Below, piece by piece: positions 13,352 to 22,773 of a DNA stretch of 64,000 bases. Source of the DNA: Escherichia coli. GTDB taxonomy: Bacteria > Pseudomonadota > Gammaproteobacteria > Enterobacterales > Enterobacteriaceae. Location: NCBI RefSeq assembly GCF_050320075.1, contig NZ_CP190018.1; one strand, written 5' to 3'. Position 1 is the stretch's first letter. Each line of letters begins with the position of its first letter. The position numbers were made by a program, and so were the translations under genes. The notes beneath the pieces were generated by a model that was given only the letters and a program-made list of their open reading frames with translations, was not told the origin of the DNA and searched no databases.

Positions 13352-14629
13352 TTACTTGCTGCTAGCCATAGCAGGGGCGCTATCAGCAGTACGAATTTTT
13401 TGGAACAGCAAAAAGGTAAAGACGATCACCATGGCAAGCGCCGCCATGCCCATCAGCCACATATTGCGGTAGGCTTCTGCAGCGGGCAGGGTGTCTTGCC
13501 AGTAGCCGATAATCGGGTAAACGAAGACATCCGGCAGGAATCCAATCACCGAACAAATACCTACCGTGGTGCCCATAATGTAAGACGGTGTTCTCGCTTC
13601 GCCAGGGCAGGCCCAGTACAGCCCGCGTGAGGCGTAACAGGTGAATCCCAGCAGTAAAATCAGGCCAATCCCCATCGCGACCGATTGCGGGTTAGAGTTC
13701 GTGACGAGCAGGGCAGTTAACGCCAGCAAGCCGAGTACGGAAAGGATTTGGATCACGCGGGTAGGGGATTTCACTTTGCTGTAGGTGGTGATAATGCCGC
13801 CAAGTGGGCCGCACAGCGCGCGGAAGATTTTGTTGATCACAATCCCCATGTAGCTCGCCGCCACCAGCGACATGCCGTACATTTCGGTCAGATAGTTGGT
13901 GGAGTAACTCAGAATGGCGTAGATGGTGAAGACGCCAAAAATCACCATGCTGCAATACCAGGTGGTGCTGATGCGCAAAACGGCCAGGATGTCGCTAAGC
14001 TGGAATGACTGTTTTTCTTCGTTATTGGCACTGCGCAGATTGTTGTTATCGCTAACAAAAAACCAGCACAGAATCCCCAACAAGATGTAAACCACACTAT
14101 AGATGATGATGACCGTTTTCAGACTGGCGCTGTCATCCGGAGCGAAGCGAGAAAAGACCCACATGGTAAACACCGCCAGCGACATTACACCGACGCCGCG
14201 CAGCCCTTCCATCCAGCCCATAATTTTCCCTTGCTCGCTATGATCGCCCAGCAATGAGGCGGCTTTAATCGACACCGACCACAGCATTAAAATAGTGGTT
14301 ATCGCAAAGGCGACCTGAATACAGAGCATTACCCACAGCGGTGGATATGTTGCCATTAACAGACCCAGTAATCCGGTAATGATCATCGCGGAAGTAATCA
14401 TTTTGCGGTGTGAAAATTTATCGGCAATAACGCCGCTGGGGGCATAAAGAATAATGGCCGCAATACCAAATGTACTCATTATTAAACCTATCTCGGTATT
14501 GCTGAATCCCATAAATTTCGCTATGGGAATTTGATAAATATAACGTAAATAAGCCAGGTCGAAACTAACGCCGCCGCTAAAACTAATTATCGCGAGGGTT
14601 ATCCAACGGCGATATGAGTTGTGTTGCAT
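13352..14629 (-). CDS. yqcE: MFS transporter
   Basis: 425-aa highly hydrophobic ORF with about 12 predicted transmembrane segments; immediately upstream of ygcE on the same strand. Confidence 0.8.
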   Translation of the reverse strand: MQHNSYRRWITLAIISFSGGVSFDLAYLRYIYQIPIAKFMGFSNTEIGLIMSTFGIAAIILYAPSGVIADKFSHRKMITSAMIITGLLGLLMATYPPLWVMLCIQVAFAITTILMLWSVSIKAASLLGDHSEQGKIMGWMEGLRGVGVMSLAVFTMWVFSRFAPDDSASLKTVIIIYSVVYILLGILCWFFVSDNNNLRSANNEEKQSFQLSDILAVLRISTTWYCSMVIFGVFTIYAILSYSTNYLTEMYGMSLVAASYMGIVINKIFRALCGPLGGIITTYSKVKSPTRVIQILSVLGLLALTALLVTNSNPQSVAMGIGLILLLGFTCYASRGLYWACPGEARTPSYIMGTTVGICSVIGFLPDVFVYPIIGYWQDTLPAAEAYRNMWLMGMAALAMVIVFTFLLFQKIRTADSAPAMASSK

Positions 14630-14652
14630 ATCGTATTCCCATTTGTAATAGA

Positions 14653-14700
14653 CAAAAAAAAGAGAAAAGTAAGCCGCCCTTTCAGGTGGATTACTTTTCT
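14653..14700 (-). terminator. intrinsic terminator/attenuator in the 5' leader of yqcE (minus-strand transcript)
   Basis: perfect 11-bp stem gagaaaagtaa / ttacttttctc with 18-nt loop, followed on the minus strand by 8 U, then about 23 nt to the yqcE start codon. Confidence 0.65.
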
Positions 14701-14807
14701 CAGGTCTCTAGTAATTGCAATAAGAAATAACATGGAAAGCAGTGGTGTTGTGTGAGAGTAATCACGCTTCTGCTTTTTAAAATTATTTGACAATTCGAAT
14801 ATCACAC

Positions 14808-14823
14808 TGTGATTACGATCACA
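14808..14823. promoter_or_regulatory. candidate CRP binding site TGTGA-ttacga-TCACA in the divergent yqcE/ygcW control region
   Basis: perfect match to both half-sites of the CRP consensus TGTGA-N6-TCACA. Confidence 0.55.
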
Positions 14824-14876
14824 TTAGCGATTATGCCCTTATGATAAAAATTATCTCCAGTTACCAGAGATAATGA

Positions 14877-14923
14877 GAAAGGTAACTTCCCTCTCGCGGG
14901 GGAAGTTACCTTTCTTTTTTTTT
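14877..14923 (+). terminator. intrinsic terminator/attenuator in the 5' leader of ygcW (plus-strand transcript)
   Basis: perfect 14-bp stem gaaaggtaacttcc / ggaagttacctttc with 10-nt loop, followed by 9 T, then 24 nt to the ygcW start codon. Confidence 0.7.
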
Positions 14924-14947
14924 GCCTTACGGAAATTGGAGCTAACT

Positions 14948-15733
14948 ATGTCAATCGAATCTCTCAATGCGTTCTCAATGGATTTTTTCTCCCTGAAAGG
15001 TAAAACCGCAATTGTTACCGGCGGGAATAGCGGTTTAGGCCAGGCATTTGCCATGGCGCTGGCCAAAGCAGGCGCAAATATCTTTATTCCAAGCTTCGTT
15101 AAAGATAACGGCGAAACAAAGGAAATGATTGAAAAACAGGGTGTTGAGGTGGACTTCATGCAGGTGGATATCACCGCAGAAGGCGCGCCGCAGAAGATAA
15201 TCGCCGCCTGTTGCGAACGTTTCGGTACCGTCGATATTCTGATTAACAATGCCGGTATTTGTAAGCTGAATAAGGTGCTGAACTTCGGTCGTGCCGACTG
15301 GGACCCGATGATTGATGTGAACCTGACCGCCGCATTCGAGTTAAGCTATGAAGCTGCAAAAATTATGATCCCGCAGAAAAGCGGTAAAATCATTAATATC
15401 TGTTCATTATTCTCTTACTTAGGTGGACAATGGTCACCTGCATATTCTGCCACTAAACATGCTCTTGCCGGATTCACCAAAGCTTACTGTGATGAACTAG
15501 GTCAATATAATATTCAGGTAAATGGTATTGCCCCTGGCTATTATGCAACAGATATTACGCTGGCGACACGCAGTAATCCAGAAACCAATCAGCGCGTTCT
15601 TGATCATATTCCGGCAAACCGTTGGGGCGATACTCAGGATTTAATGGGCGCAGCCGTATTCCTCGCAAGTCCGGCATCGAATTATGTCAACGGACATTTA
15701 TTAGTGGTTGATGGTGGTTATTTAGTGCGCTAA
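14948..15733 (+). CDS. ygcW: short-chain dehydrogenase/reductase (KduD/FabG-like); start placed after the leader terminator
   Basis: TGGNSGLGQAF Rossmann motif and S...Y..K catalytic signature (YSATKHAL); the ORF-track start at 14873 would run through the terminator hairpin. Confidence 0.85.
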   Translation: MSIESLNAFSMDFFSLKGKTAIVTGGNSGLGQAFAMALAKAGANIFIPSFVKDNGETKEMIEKQGVEVDFMQVDITAEGAPQKIIAACCERFGTVDILINNAGICKLNKVLNFGRADWDPMIDVNLTAAFELSYEAAKIMIPQKSGKIINICSLFSYLGGQWSPAYSATKHALAGFTKAYCDELGQYNIQVNGIAPGYYATDITLATRSNPETNQRVLDHIPANRWGDTQDLMGAAVFLASPASNYVNGHLLVVDGGYLVR

Positions 15734-15802
15734 TCCATAACGGTGGTTTCTGTTTTCTCTTATTAATGATTATTCCATTTTTATTATCAGGAAGGAATTA
15801 CT

Positions 15803-17257
15803 ATGTCTTTATCTCGCGCAGCGATTGTCGACCAGCTAAAGGAAATTGTTGGTGCAGATCGCGTAATTACCGATGAAACAGTATTAAAGAAGAACAGTAT
15901 TGACCGTTTTCGCAAATTTCCGGATATTCATGGCATTTATACTTTGCCGATTCCGGCAGCGGTCGTAAAACTCGGTTCCACAGAACAAGTATCCCGTGTG
16001 CTGAATTTTATGAATGCGCACAAAATTAACGGTGTGCCGCGTACCGGTGCTTCCGCTACCGAAGGTGGGCTGGAAACCGTTGTGGAAAACTCGGTGGTGC
16101 TCGACGGCTCTGCCATGAATCAAATCATTAATATTGATATTGAGAATATGCAGGCCACGGCGCAATGCGGAGTTCCGCTGGAAGTGCTGGAAAACGCGTT
16201 GCGTGAAAAAGGTTACACCACGGGGCATTCTCCGCAGTCAAAGCCGCTGGCGCAGATGGGCGGCCTGGTAGCAACCCGCAGTATCGGGCAGTTCTCCACA
16301 CTCTACGGCGCAATCGAAGATATGGTCGTTGGTCTGGAAGCAGTATTGGCTGATGGCACCGTAACACGCATTAAAAACGTACCACGCCGCGCGGCAGGCC
16401 CGGACATTCGTCACATCATCATCGGCAACGAAGGTGCATTGTGCTATATCACTGAAGTAACTGTGAAAATCTTTAAGTTCACCCCGGAAAACAACCTCTT
16501 CTACGGCTATATCCTGGAAGACATGAAAACCGGCTTCAACATCCTGCGTGAAATCATGGTGGAAGGGTATCGTCCGTCGATCGCTCGTTTGTATGACGCT
16601 GAAGATGGCACCCAACACTTCACCCATTTTGCTGACGGAAAATGCGTGCTGATCTTTATGGCTGAAGGTAACCCTCGCATTGCGAAGGCGACGGGCGAAG
16701 GGATTGCTGAAATCGTGGCACGTTACCCGCAATGCCAGCGAGTGGACAGCAAGCTGATCGAAACCTGGTTTAACAACCTGAACTGGGGACCGGATAAAGT
16801 AGCTGCCGAACGTGTGCAGATCCTCAAAACCGGCAACATGGGCTTTACCACCGAAGTGTCCGGCTGCTGGAGCTGCATTCACGAAATCTACGAAAGCGTT
16901 ATTAACCGTATTCGTACCGAGTTCCCGCACGCCGACGACATCACCATGCTGGGCGGTCACTCCTCTCACAGCTACCAGAACGGCACCAACATGTACTTCG
17001 TTTACGACTACAACGTTGTTGACTGTAAGCCGGAAGAGGAAATCGACAAGTACCACAATCCGCTCAACAAAATCATCTGCGAAGAAACCATTCGCCTCGG
17101 TGGTTCGATGGTGCACCACCACGGCATTGGTAAACATCGCGTTCACTGGAGCAAGCTGGAACACGGCAGCGCGTGGACGTTGCTGGAAGGTCTGAAAAAG
17201 CAGTTCGATCCTAACGGCATTATGAATACGGGTACTATCTATCCGATTGAAAAATAA
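15803..17257 (+). CDS. ygcU: FAD-linked oxidoreductase (GlcD / alkyl-DHAP synthase-like)
   Basis: 484-aa ORF with FAD-binding PCMH-type domain. Confidence 0.8.
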   Translation: MSLSRAAIVDQLKEIVGADRVITDETVLKKNSIDRFRKFPDIHGIYTLPIPAAVVKLGSTEQVSRVLNFMNAHKINGVPRTGASATEGGLETVVENSVVLDGSAMNQIINIDIENMQATAQCGVPLEVLENALREKGYTTGHSPQSKPLAQMGGLVATRSIGQFSTLYGAIEDMVVGLEAVLADGTVTRIKNVPRRAAGPDIRHIIIGNEGALCYITEVTVKIFKFTPENNLFYGYILEDMKTGFNILREIMVEGYRPSIARLYDAEDGTQHFTHFADGKCVLIFMAEGNPRIAKATGEGIAEIVARYPQCQRVDSKLIETWFNNLNWGPDKVAAERVQILKTGNMGFTTEVSGCWSCIHEIYESVINRIRTEFPHADDITMLGGHSSHSYQNGTNMYFVYDYNVVDCKPEEEIDKYHNPLNKIICEETIRLGGSMVHHHGIGKHRVHWSKLEHGSAWTLLEGLKKQFDPNGIMNTGTIYPIEK

Positions 17258-17350
17258 TGTGTCAGGCAGCGTTCCGCGATGACGGGGCGTTGCCTTTTCG
17301 GCTTCTCAGGCGAGAAGCCGTTCTTATTACCGGACAATGAAGGGATAAAG

Positions 17351-18688
17351 ATGAACACTTCACCGGTGCGAATGGATGATTTACCACTTAACCGTTTTCA
17401 CTGCCGCATTGCTGCGCTCACTTTCGGCGCACACCTGACCGACGGTTATGTCCTCGGCGTCATTGGTTACGCCATTATTCAGCTTACGCCCGCCATGCAA
17501 CTGACGCCGTTTATGGCGGGAATGATTGGCGGCTCAGCACTCCTTGGTTTGTTTCTTGGCAGCCTGGTTCTGGGCTGGATCTCCGACCATATTGGGCGAC
17601 AAAAAATCTTCACCTTCAGCTTTTTGCTGATTACGCTTGCTTCGTTTTTACAATTTTTTGCCACCACGCCAGAGCATCTTATTGGACTGCGCATTTTGAT
17701 TGGCATTGGTCTGGGAGGCGATTACTCAGTCGGTCACACCTTGCTGGCTGAATTTTCCCCGCGCCGCCACCGCGGTATTTTGCTGGGCGCGTTCAGCGTG
17801 GTGTGGACTGTAGGCTATGTGCTGGCAAGTATTGCCGGACATCACTTTATTAGCGAAAGCCCGGAGGCCTGGCGCTGGCTGCTGGCATCGGCAGCTCTGC
17901 CCGCATTGTTGATTACGTTATTACGCTGGGGAACGCCAGAATCGCCACGCTGGCTACTGCGCCAGGGGCGTTTTGCAGAAGCTCACGCTATCGTGCATCG
18001 CTATTTTGGTCCCCATGTTTTACTGGGCGATGAAGTGGCAACGGCGACCCATAAACACATCAAAACCTTGTTCTCTTCGCGCTACTGGCGGCGCACAGCG
18101 TTTAACAGCGTCTTCTTTGTCTGCCTCGTAATCCCATGGTTTGTGATTTATACCTGGCTGCCAACTATCGCCCAGACTATTGGTCTGGAAGATGCGTTGA
18201 CCGCTAGCCTGATGCTTAATGCGTTGTTAATTGTGGGTGCGCTGCTGGGATTAGTTCTGACGCACCTGCTGGCACATCGCAAATTTTTGCTGGGAAGTTT
18301 TTTGCTGCTGGCGGCAACGCTGGTAGTGATGGCTTGTTTGCCTTCCGGCAGTTCATTAACGCTGCTGCTTTTTGTTCTCTTCAGCACCACCATTTCGGCA
18401 GTCAGTAATCTGGTGGGCATTTTGCCTGCGGAAAGTTTTCCTACTGACATTCGCTCGCTGGGCGTCGGTTTTGCCACCGCCATGAGTCGGTTGGGCGCGG
18501 CGGTAAGTACTGGCCTGCTGCCGTGGGTGCTGGCGCAGTGGGGAATGCAAGTCACCTTATTGCTCCTGGCGGCAGTGTTGTTGGTTGGTTTTGTCGTGAC
18601 CTGGCTATGGGCACCAGAAACCAAAGCACTCCCGCTGGTGGCGGCGGGAAATGTTGGAGGTGCGAATGAACATTCTGTTAGCGTTTAA
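17351..18688 (+). CDS. ygcS: MFS sugar-type transporter; start taken at internal MNTSPVRMDD
   Basis: hydrophobic 12-TM ORF; sugar-transporter-like GR[RK] motifs. Confidence 0.75.
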   Translation: MNTSPVRMDDLPLNRFHCRIAALTFGAHLTDGYVLGVIGYAIIQLTPAMQLTPFMAGMIGGSALLGLFLGSLVLGWISDHIGRQKIFTFSFLLITLASFLQFFATTPEHLIGLRILIGIGLGGDYSVGHTLLAEFSPRRHRGILLGAFSVVWTVGYVLASIAGHHFISESPEAWRWLLASAALPALLITLLRWGTPESPRWLLRQGRFAEAHAIVHRYFGPHVLLGDEVATATHKHIKTLFSSRYWRRTAFNSVFFVCLVIPWFVIYTWLPTIAQTIGLEDALTASLMLNALLIVGALLGLVLTHLLAHRKFLLGSFLLLAATLVVMACLPSGSSLTLLLFVLFSTTISAVSNLVGILPAESFPTDIRSLGVGFATAMSRLGAAVSTGLLPWVLAQWGMQVTLLLLAAVLLVGFVVTWLWAPETKALPLVAAGNVGGANEHSVSV

Positions 18689-19445
18689 AGCCGAACCGGA
18701 TGCCGGAATGCTGGCGGAAAAAGAGTGGCAGGCGGCGGCTCAGGGTAATAGCGGACCGGATGTTTCGCTTCTGCGAAGTTTGCTCGGTGCTGATGAACAG
18801 GCTGCCGCCGCGCTGCTGTTGGCGCAGAGAAAAAACGGTACGTCGATGTCTTTAACCGCGTTGAGCATGGGGGATGAACGGGCGTTGCACTGGCTGCGCT
18901 ATCTTATGGCTCTTGGGTTTGAGGAAGCTGTATTGCTGGAGACGGCGGCAGATCTGCGCTTTGCGCCGGAATTTGTCGCTCGCCATATTGCCGAATGGCA
19001 GTACCAGAATCCGCTGGAGCTGATAATTACTGGCTGCCAAAGCAGCGAAGGGCAGAATGGGCAAACGCCATTTTTGCTGGCGGAAATGCTGGGCTGGCCC
19101 TGCTTCACCCAGGTGGAGCGTTTTACTCTCGACGCGCCGTTTATCACCCTTGAACAGCGTACTGAAAACGGGCTGCGCTGTTGCCGGGTTCGCTTGCCTG
19201 CGGTGATTGCCGTGCGTCAGTGCGGTGAAGTGGCCTTGCCAGTACCGGGAATGCGTCAGCGAATGGCGGTGGGGAAAGCAGCAATTATCCGTAAAACTGT
19301 TGCTGCCGAATCGCCAGCGATGCAGTGTCTGCAACTGGCAAGAGCAGAGCAACAACGCGGAGCGACGCTGATTGATGGGCAAACGGTAGCAGAAAAAGCG
19401 CAAAAGCTATGGCAGGACTATTTACGCCAAAGGATGCAGCCATGA
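18666..19445 (+). CDS. ygcR: electron transfer flavoprotein beta-subunit-like protein (FixA-like)
   Basis: ORF 18651..19445, likely start MNILLAFKAEPD; ETF-beta fold-like sequence; directly precedes an ETF-alpha-like gene. Confidence 0.7.
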   Translation: MNILLAFKAEPDAGMLAEKEWQAAAQGNSGPDVSLLRSLLGADEQAAAALLLAQRKNGTSMSLTALSMGDERALHWLRYLMALGFEEAVLLETAADLRFAPEFVARHIAEWQYQNPLELIITGCQSSEGQNGQTPFLLAEMLGWPCFTQVERFTLDAPFITLEQRTENGLRCCRVRLPAVIAVRQCGEVALPVPGMRQRMAVGKAAIIRKTVAAESPAMQCLQLARAEQQRGATLIDGQTVAEKAQKLWQDYLRQRMQP

Positions 19446-20302
19446 ATATCGCAATTGTGACAATAAATCAGGAGAATGCCGCAACAGCGAGCTGGCAGGC
19501 GGCGCAGGATTTCAGCGGTTGTACCCTGGCGCACTGGAAGATTGAACCTCAGCCCGCTGTGGCGGAACAGGTGCTGGATGCGCTGGTGGAACAGTGGCAG
19601 CGAACGCCAGCGGACGTTGTTCTCTTTCCGCCGGGAACGTTTGGCGATGAACTGTCGACCCGGCTGGCCTGGCGTTTACATGGTGCAAGCATCTGCCAGG
19701 TGACTTCGTTAGATATTCCAACCGTAAGCGTGCGCAAATCCCACTGGGGAAATGCGCTAACGGCGACGCTGCAAACAGAAAAACGCCCGCTATGCCTTTC
19801 GCTGGCACGTCAGGCGGGAGCAGATAAAAACGCCACGTTGCCCTCTGGTATGCAGCAACTGAACATTGTCCCAGGTGCGCTTCCCGACTGGCTGGTTAGC
19901 ATAGAAAACCTGAAAAATGTTACCCGCGACCCATTAGCTGAGGCCAGACGGGTGCTGGTGGTGGGGCAGGGCGGAGAGGCAGATAACCAGGAAATCGCTA
20001 TGCTGGCAGAAAAGCTGGGAGCCGAAGTGGGCTACAGTCGGGCACGAGTGATGAACGGTGGCGTTGATGCCGAAAAAGTGATTGGTATTTCTGGACATCT
20101 GCTGGCACCTGAGGTGTGTATTGTTGTTGGCGCTTCCGGCGCAGCAGCGTTAATGGCGGGCGTACGCAATAGCAAGTTTGTGGTGGCGATTAATCATGAC
20201 GCCAGCGCAGCGGTATTTTCACAGGCAGATGTTGGCGTGGTTGATGACTGGAAAGTGGTGCTGGAGGCACTGGTGACAAACATTCACGCAGAATGCCAAT
20301 AA
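19442..20302 (+). CDS. ygcQ: electron transfer flavoprotein alpha-subunit-like protein (FixB-like)
   Basis: ORF 19409..20302, likely start MNIAIVTINQ; C-terminal FAD-binding ETF-alpha-like region. Confidence 0.7.
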   Translation: MNIAIVTINQENAATASWQAAQDFSGCTLAHWKIEPQPAVAEQVLDALVEQWQRTPADVVLFPPGTFGDELSTRLAWRLHGASICQVTSLDIPTVSVRKSHWGNALTATLQTEKRPLCLSLARQAGADKNATLPSGMQQLNIVPGALPDWLVSIENLKNVTRDPLAEARRVLVVGQGGEADNQEIAMLAEKLGAEVGYSRARVMNGGVDAEKVIGISGHLLAPEVCIVVGASGAAALMAGVRNSKFVVAINHDASAAVFSQADVGVVDDWKVVLEALVTNIHAECQ

Positions 20303-20350
20303 CGTGCAGCCGGATGATCCTGCCTACGGTTTCGGGCTGGGGACTTGTAA

Positions 20351-21124
<774 letters not shown>

Positions 21125-21228
21125 ATCAGCATACTTGTCCTTAGCCTTCTGCAGTGACAGCTGGTAGTACAGCGTGCTTCTGGCCAGCCCTGCAGCCTTT
21201 AACAGGTCAGACTGGCAGTGTCCGCACC

Positions 21229-21759
21229 TCAGGCTCCGGATGACTTTCGTTTTTTCTCCAGCTCCTGGCGCTTTTTTTCCAGGAGATGCTCCTGCATGGC
21301 TTTCAGATATGCATTTTCTGCGCGAAGATAACGTAGCTCATTCTTCATCTCTTCCGGCGTCATGTTTGCCTCGTTTTCATGGGTATCATCAGAACGGGTC
21401 ATGCTTTTCTCCTTCCTGCGCCTGATAAAGGCCTCATTACCAGATTTGCGGTAGCCTTTTATCCAGTTTTTAACCGTGTTGTGGCTGGGAATGTTAAACC
21501 GGGCAGCTACCCGGGGTAGAGACTCAGAATGCCCGAGAGCATAAAGAACCACGCAAAGTTTATCTTCAGGAGAATAGCTACGCTTGTGTCTGCAATCCAG
21601 TGCCCGAGGACCGTGAAGAAGAAAAAGATTAATCCAGTGTGAGAGGCTGGTGTGAGAAAGTTGAAAGAGTTTTGCCGTAGAAATGATGCCTGCATGACCA
21701 GCCAGGTAATGATTTACAGCGGCAAGTTTTACTTCAAATGAATGTTTCATAAACTGCAC
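21229..21759 (-). CDS. IS3-family transposase orfA (HTH plus leucine-zipper region)
   Basis: 176-aa ORF; A AAA AAG frameshift motif at about 21271..21279 (minus-strand ctggaaaaaaagcg) near its 3' end. Confidence 0.85.
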   Translation of the reverse strand: MQFMKHSFEVKLAAVNHYLAGHAGIISTAKLFQLSHTSLSHWINLFLLHGPRALDCRHKRSYSPEDKLCVVLYALGHSESLPRVAARFNIPSHNTVKNWIKGYRKSGNEAFIRRRKEKSMTRSDDTHENEANMTPEEMKNELRYLRAENAYLKAMQEHLLEKKRQELEKKRKSSGA

Positions 21760-21884
21760 CTTCAGATGTCAGATTATGTCCAACATTTGGGGTGCAGTTC
21801 ATCAAGCGTCGCATCAGGCGCTGAATGTCGGATGTGGCGTGCAGCCTACAAATCACACAAATTCAACTCGTTACGAGTATCCCG

Positions 21885-22460
21885 TCAAAGCAATTTTTTC
21901 GCTAACGTCCAGACCCCGGTATTCGTGGTGGAAAGCGCCACAACACCCGCGTTAATCGCATTACGCGCATCTTCTTCATCGCACACCAGCCCGCCGGCAA
22001 TCAGCGGTTGGCGGATTTTCTCCGTCACCCAGCCCAGCACTTTAGGCATACAGCCTGGCAGGATCTCAATACAATCCGGATTCGATTGCGCAACTTGCTT
22101 ATCAATGTTGTGAAACGAAATCGAATCAACAATAAACAGGCGATGAATACAGAAAAAACCTTCCGCTCTTGCCGCTTTCAGCATCGATGCTTTCGTGCTG
22201 ATAATGCCGTCCGCCTCGGTCACCAGTTTCAGAAACTGAATCACCACTTCTTTGTTCGATGCGCCTTCCAGCAAATCAACATGAATAAAGGCATATTTTC
22301 CGGCGTTTTTAATCTTTTTAACGATATTACTGATGGTGCAGATATTGCCGTACAACACTGAAATAAACTGGCATTCAGAATCGATTGCCAGTTGCAGGCT
22401 GGCATTATCTTTAACGGCAGCAATCACCGGATTCTGGCGGAGCAGGTGTAAGAGGGGCAT
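21885..22460 (-). CDS. ygcP: GlpP-family (glycerol-3-phosphate-responsive antiterminator-like) regulator
   Basis: 191-aa ORF; family assignment recalled from the K-12 ygcP annotation, not verified by alignment here. Confidence 0.7.
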   Translation of the reverse strand: MPLLHLLRQNPVIAAVKDNASLQLAIDSECQFISVLYGNICTISNIVKKIKNAGKYAFIHVDLLEGASNKEVVIQFLKLVTEADGIISTKASMLKAARAEGFFCIHRLFIVDSISFHNIDKQVAQSNPDCIEILPGCMPKVLGWVTEKIRQPLIAGGLVCDEEDARNAINAGVVALSTTNTGVWTLAKKLL

Positions 22461-22476
22461 AAATTATCCTTATTAT

Positions 22477-22773
22477 TTATCCAAAGCGGTAGGTGATGCC
22501 GAATCCGGAAGGCGGATAGCGCCACTGTTGTAGTGTTGATTCGTCGCACAGCAAACGGCAGGTGCCACACTCCAGGCAGCCGCGATAATCAACGCGTAAG
22601 TCACCTTCCGGTGTGAGCGAAAAAAGACCAGCCGGACAAGCGTTAATCAACCGTTGTACCGTCTGGCGCTCAACGGAGTCAGCCGGAACAATGTGCGGCG
22701 CATCGGCAACGCGCCAGAGATTACGGGCTACAGACATCGCAGACTCCTGATAACATCGCCCGCCAGATGCCAC
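22477..22773 (-). CDS. ygcO: ferredoxin-like protein (FixX-like)
   Basis: 98-aa ORF with Cys-rich motif (CLECGTCRLLC); overlaps the ygcN stop. Confidence 0.7.
   Translation of the reverse strand: MASGGRCYQESAMSVARNLWRVADAPHIVPADSVERQTVQRLINACPAGLFSLTPEGDLRVDYRGCLECGTCRLLCDESTLQQWRYPPSGFGITYRFG

Noticed and set aside
14873-14947. ORF-track N-terminal extension of ygcW (MRKVTSLSRGKLPFFFFALRKLELT...)
   Set aside because: It would be translated straight through the 14-bp terminator hairpin and T-run; the downstream ATG at 14948 with a ggag-like ribosome-binding site is the credible start.
16238-17164. 308-aa minus-strand ORF antisense to ygcU, and similar antisense ORFs opposite rpoS (49499..50170), cysJ (25808..26401) and nlpD (48350..48733)
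   Set aside because: All lie entirely within well-supported genes on the opposite strand and have no ribosome-binding site or recognisable domain; typical antisense frame artefacts.
21174-22113. Plus-strand ORFs inside and beside the IS element (21174..21425, 21742..22113)
   Set aside because: Antisense to the transposase orfA and to ygcP respectively; no independent support.
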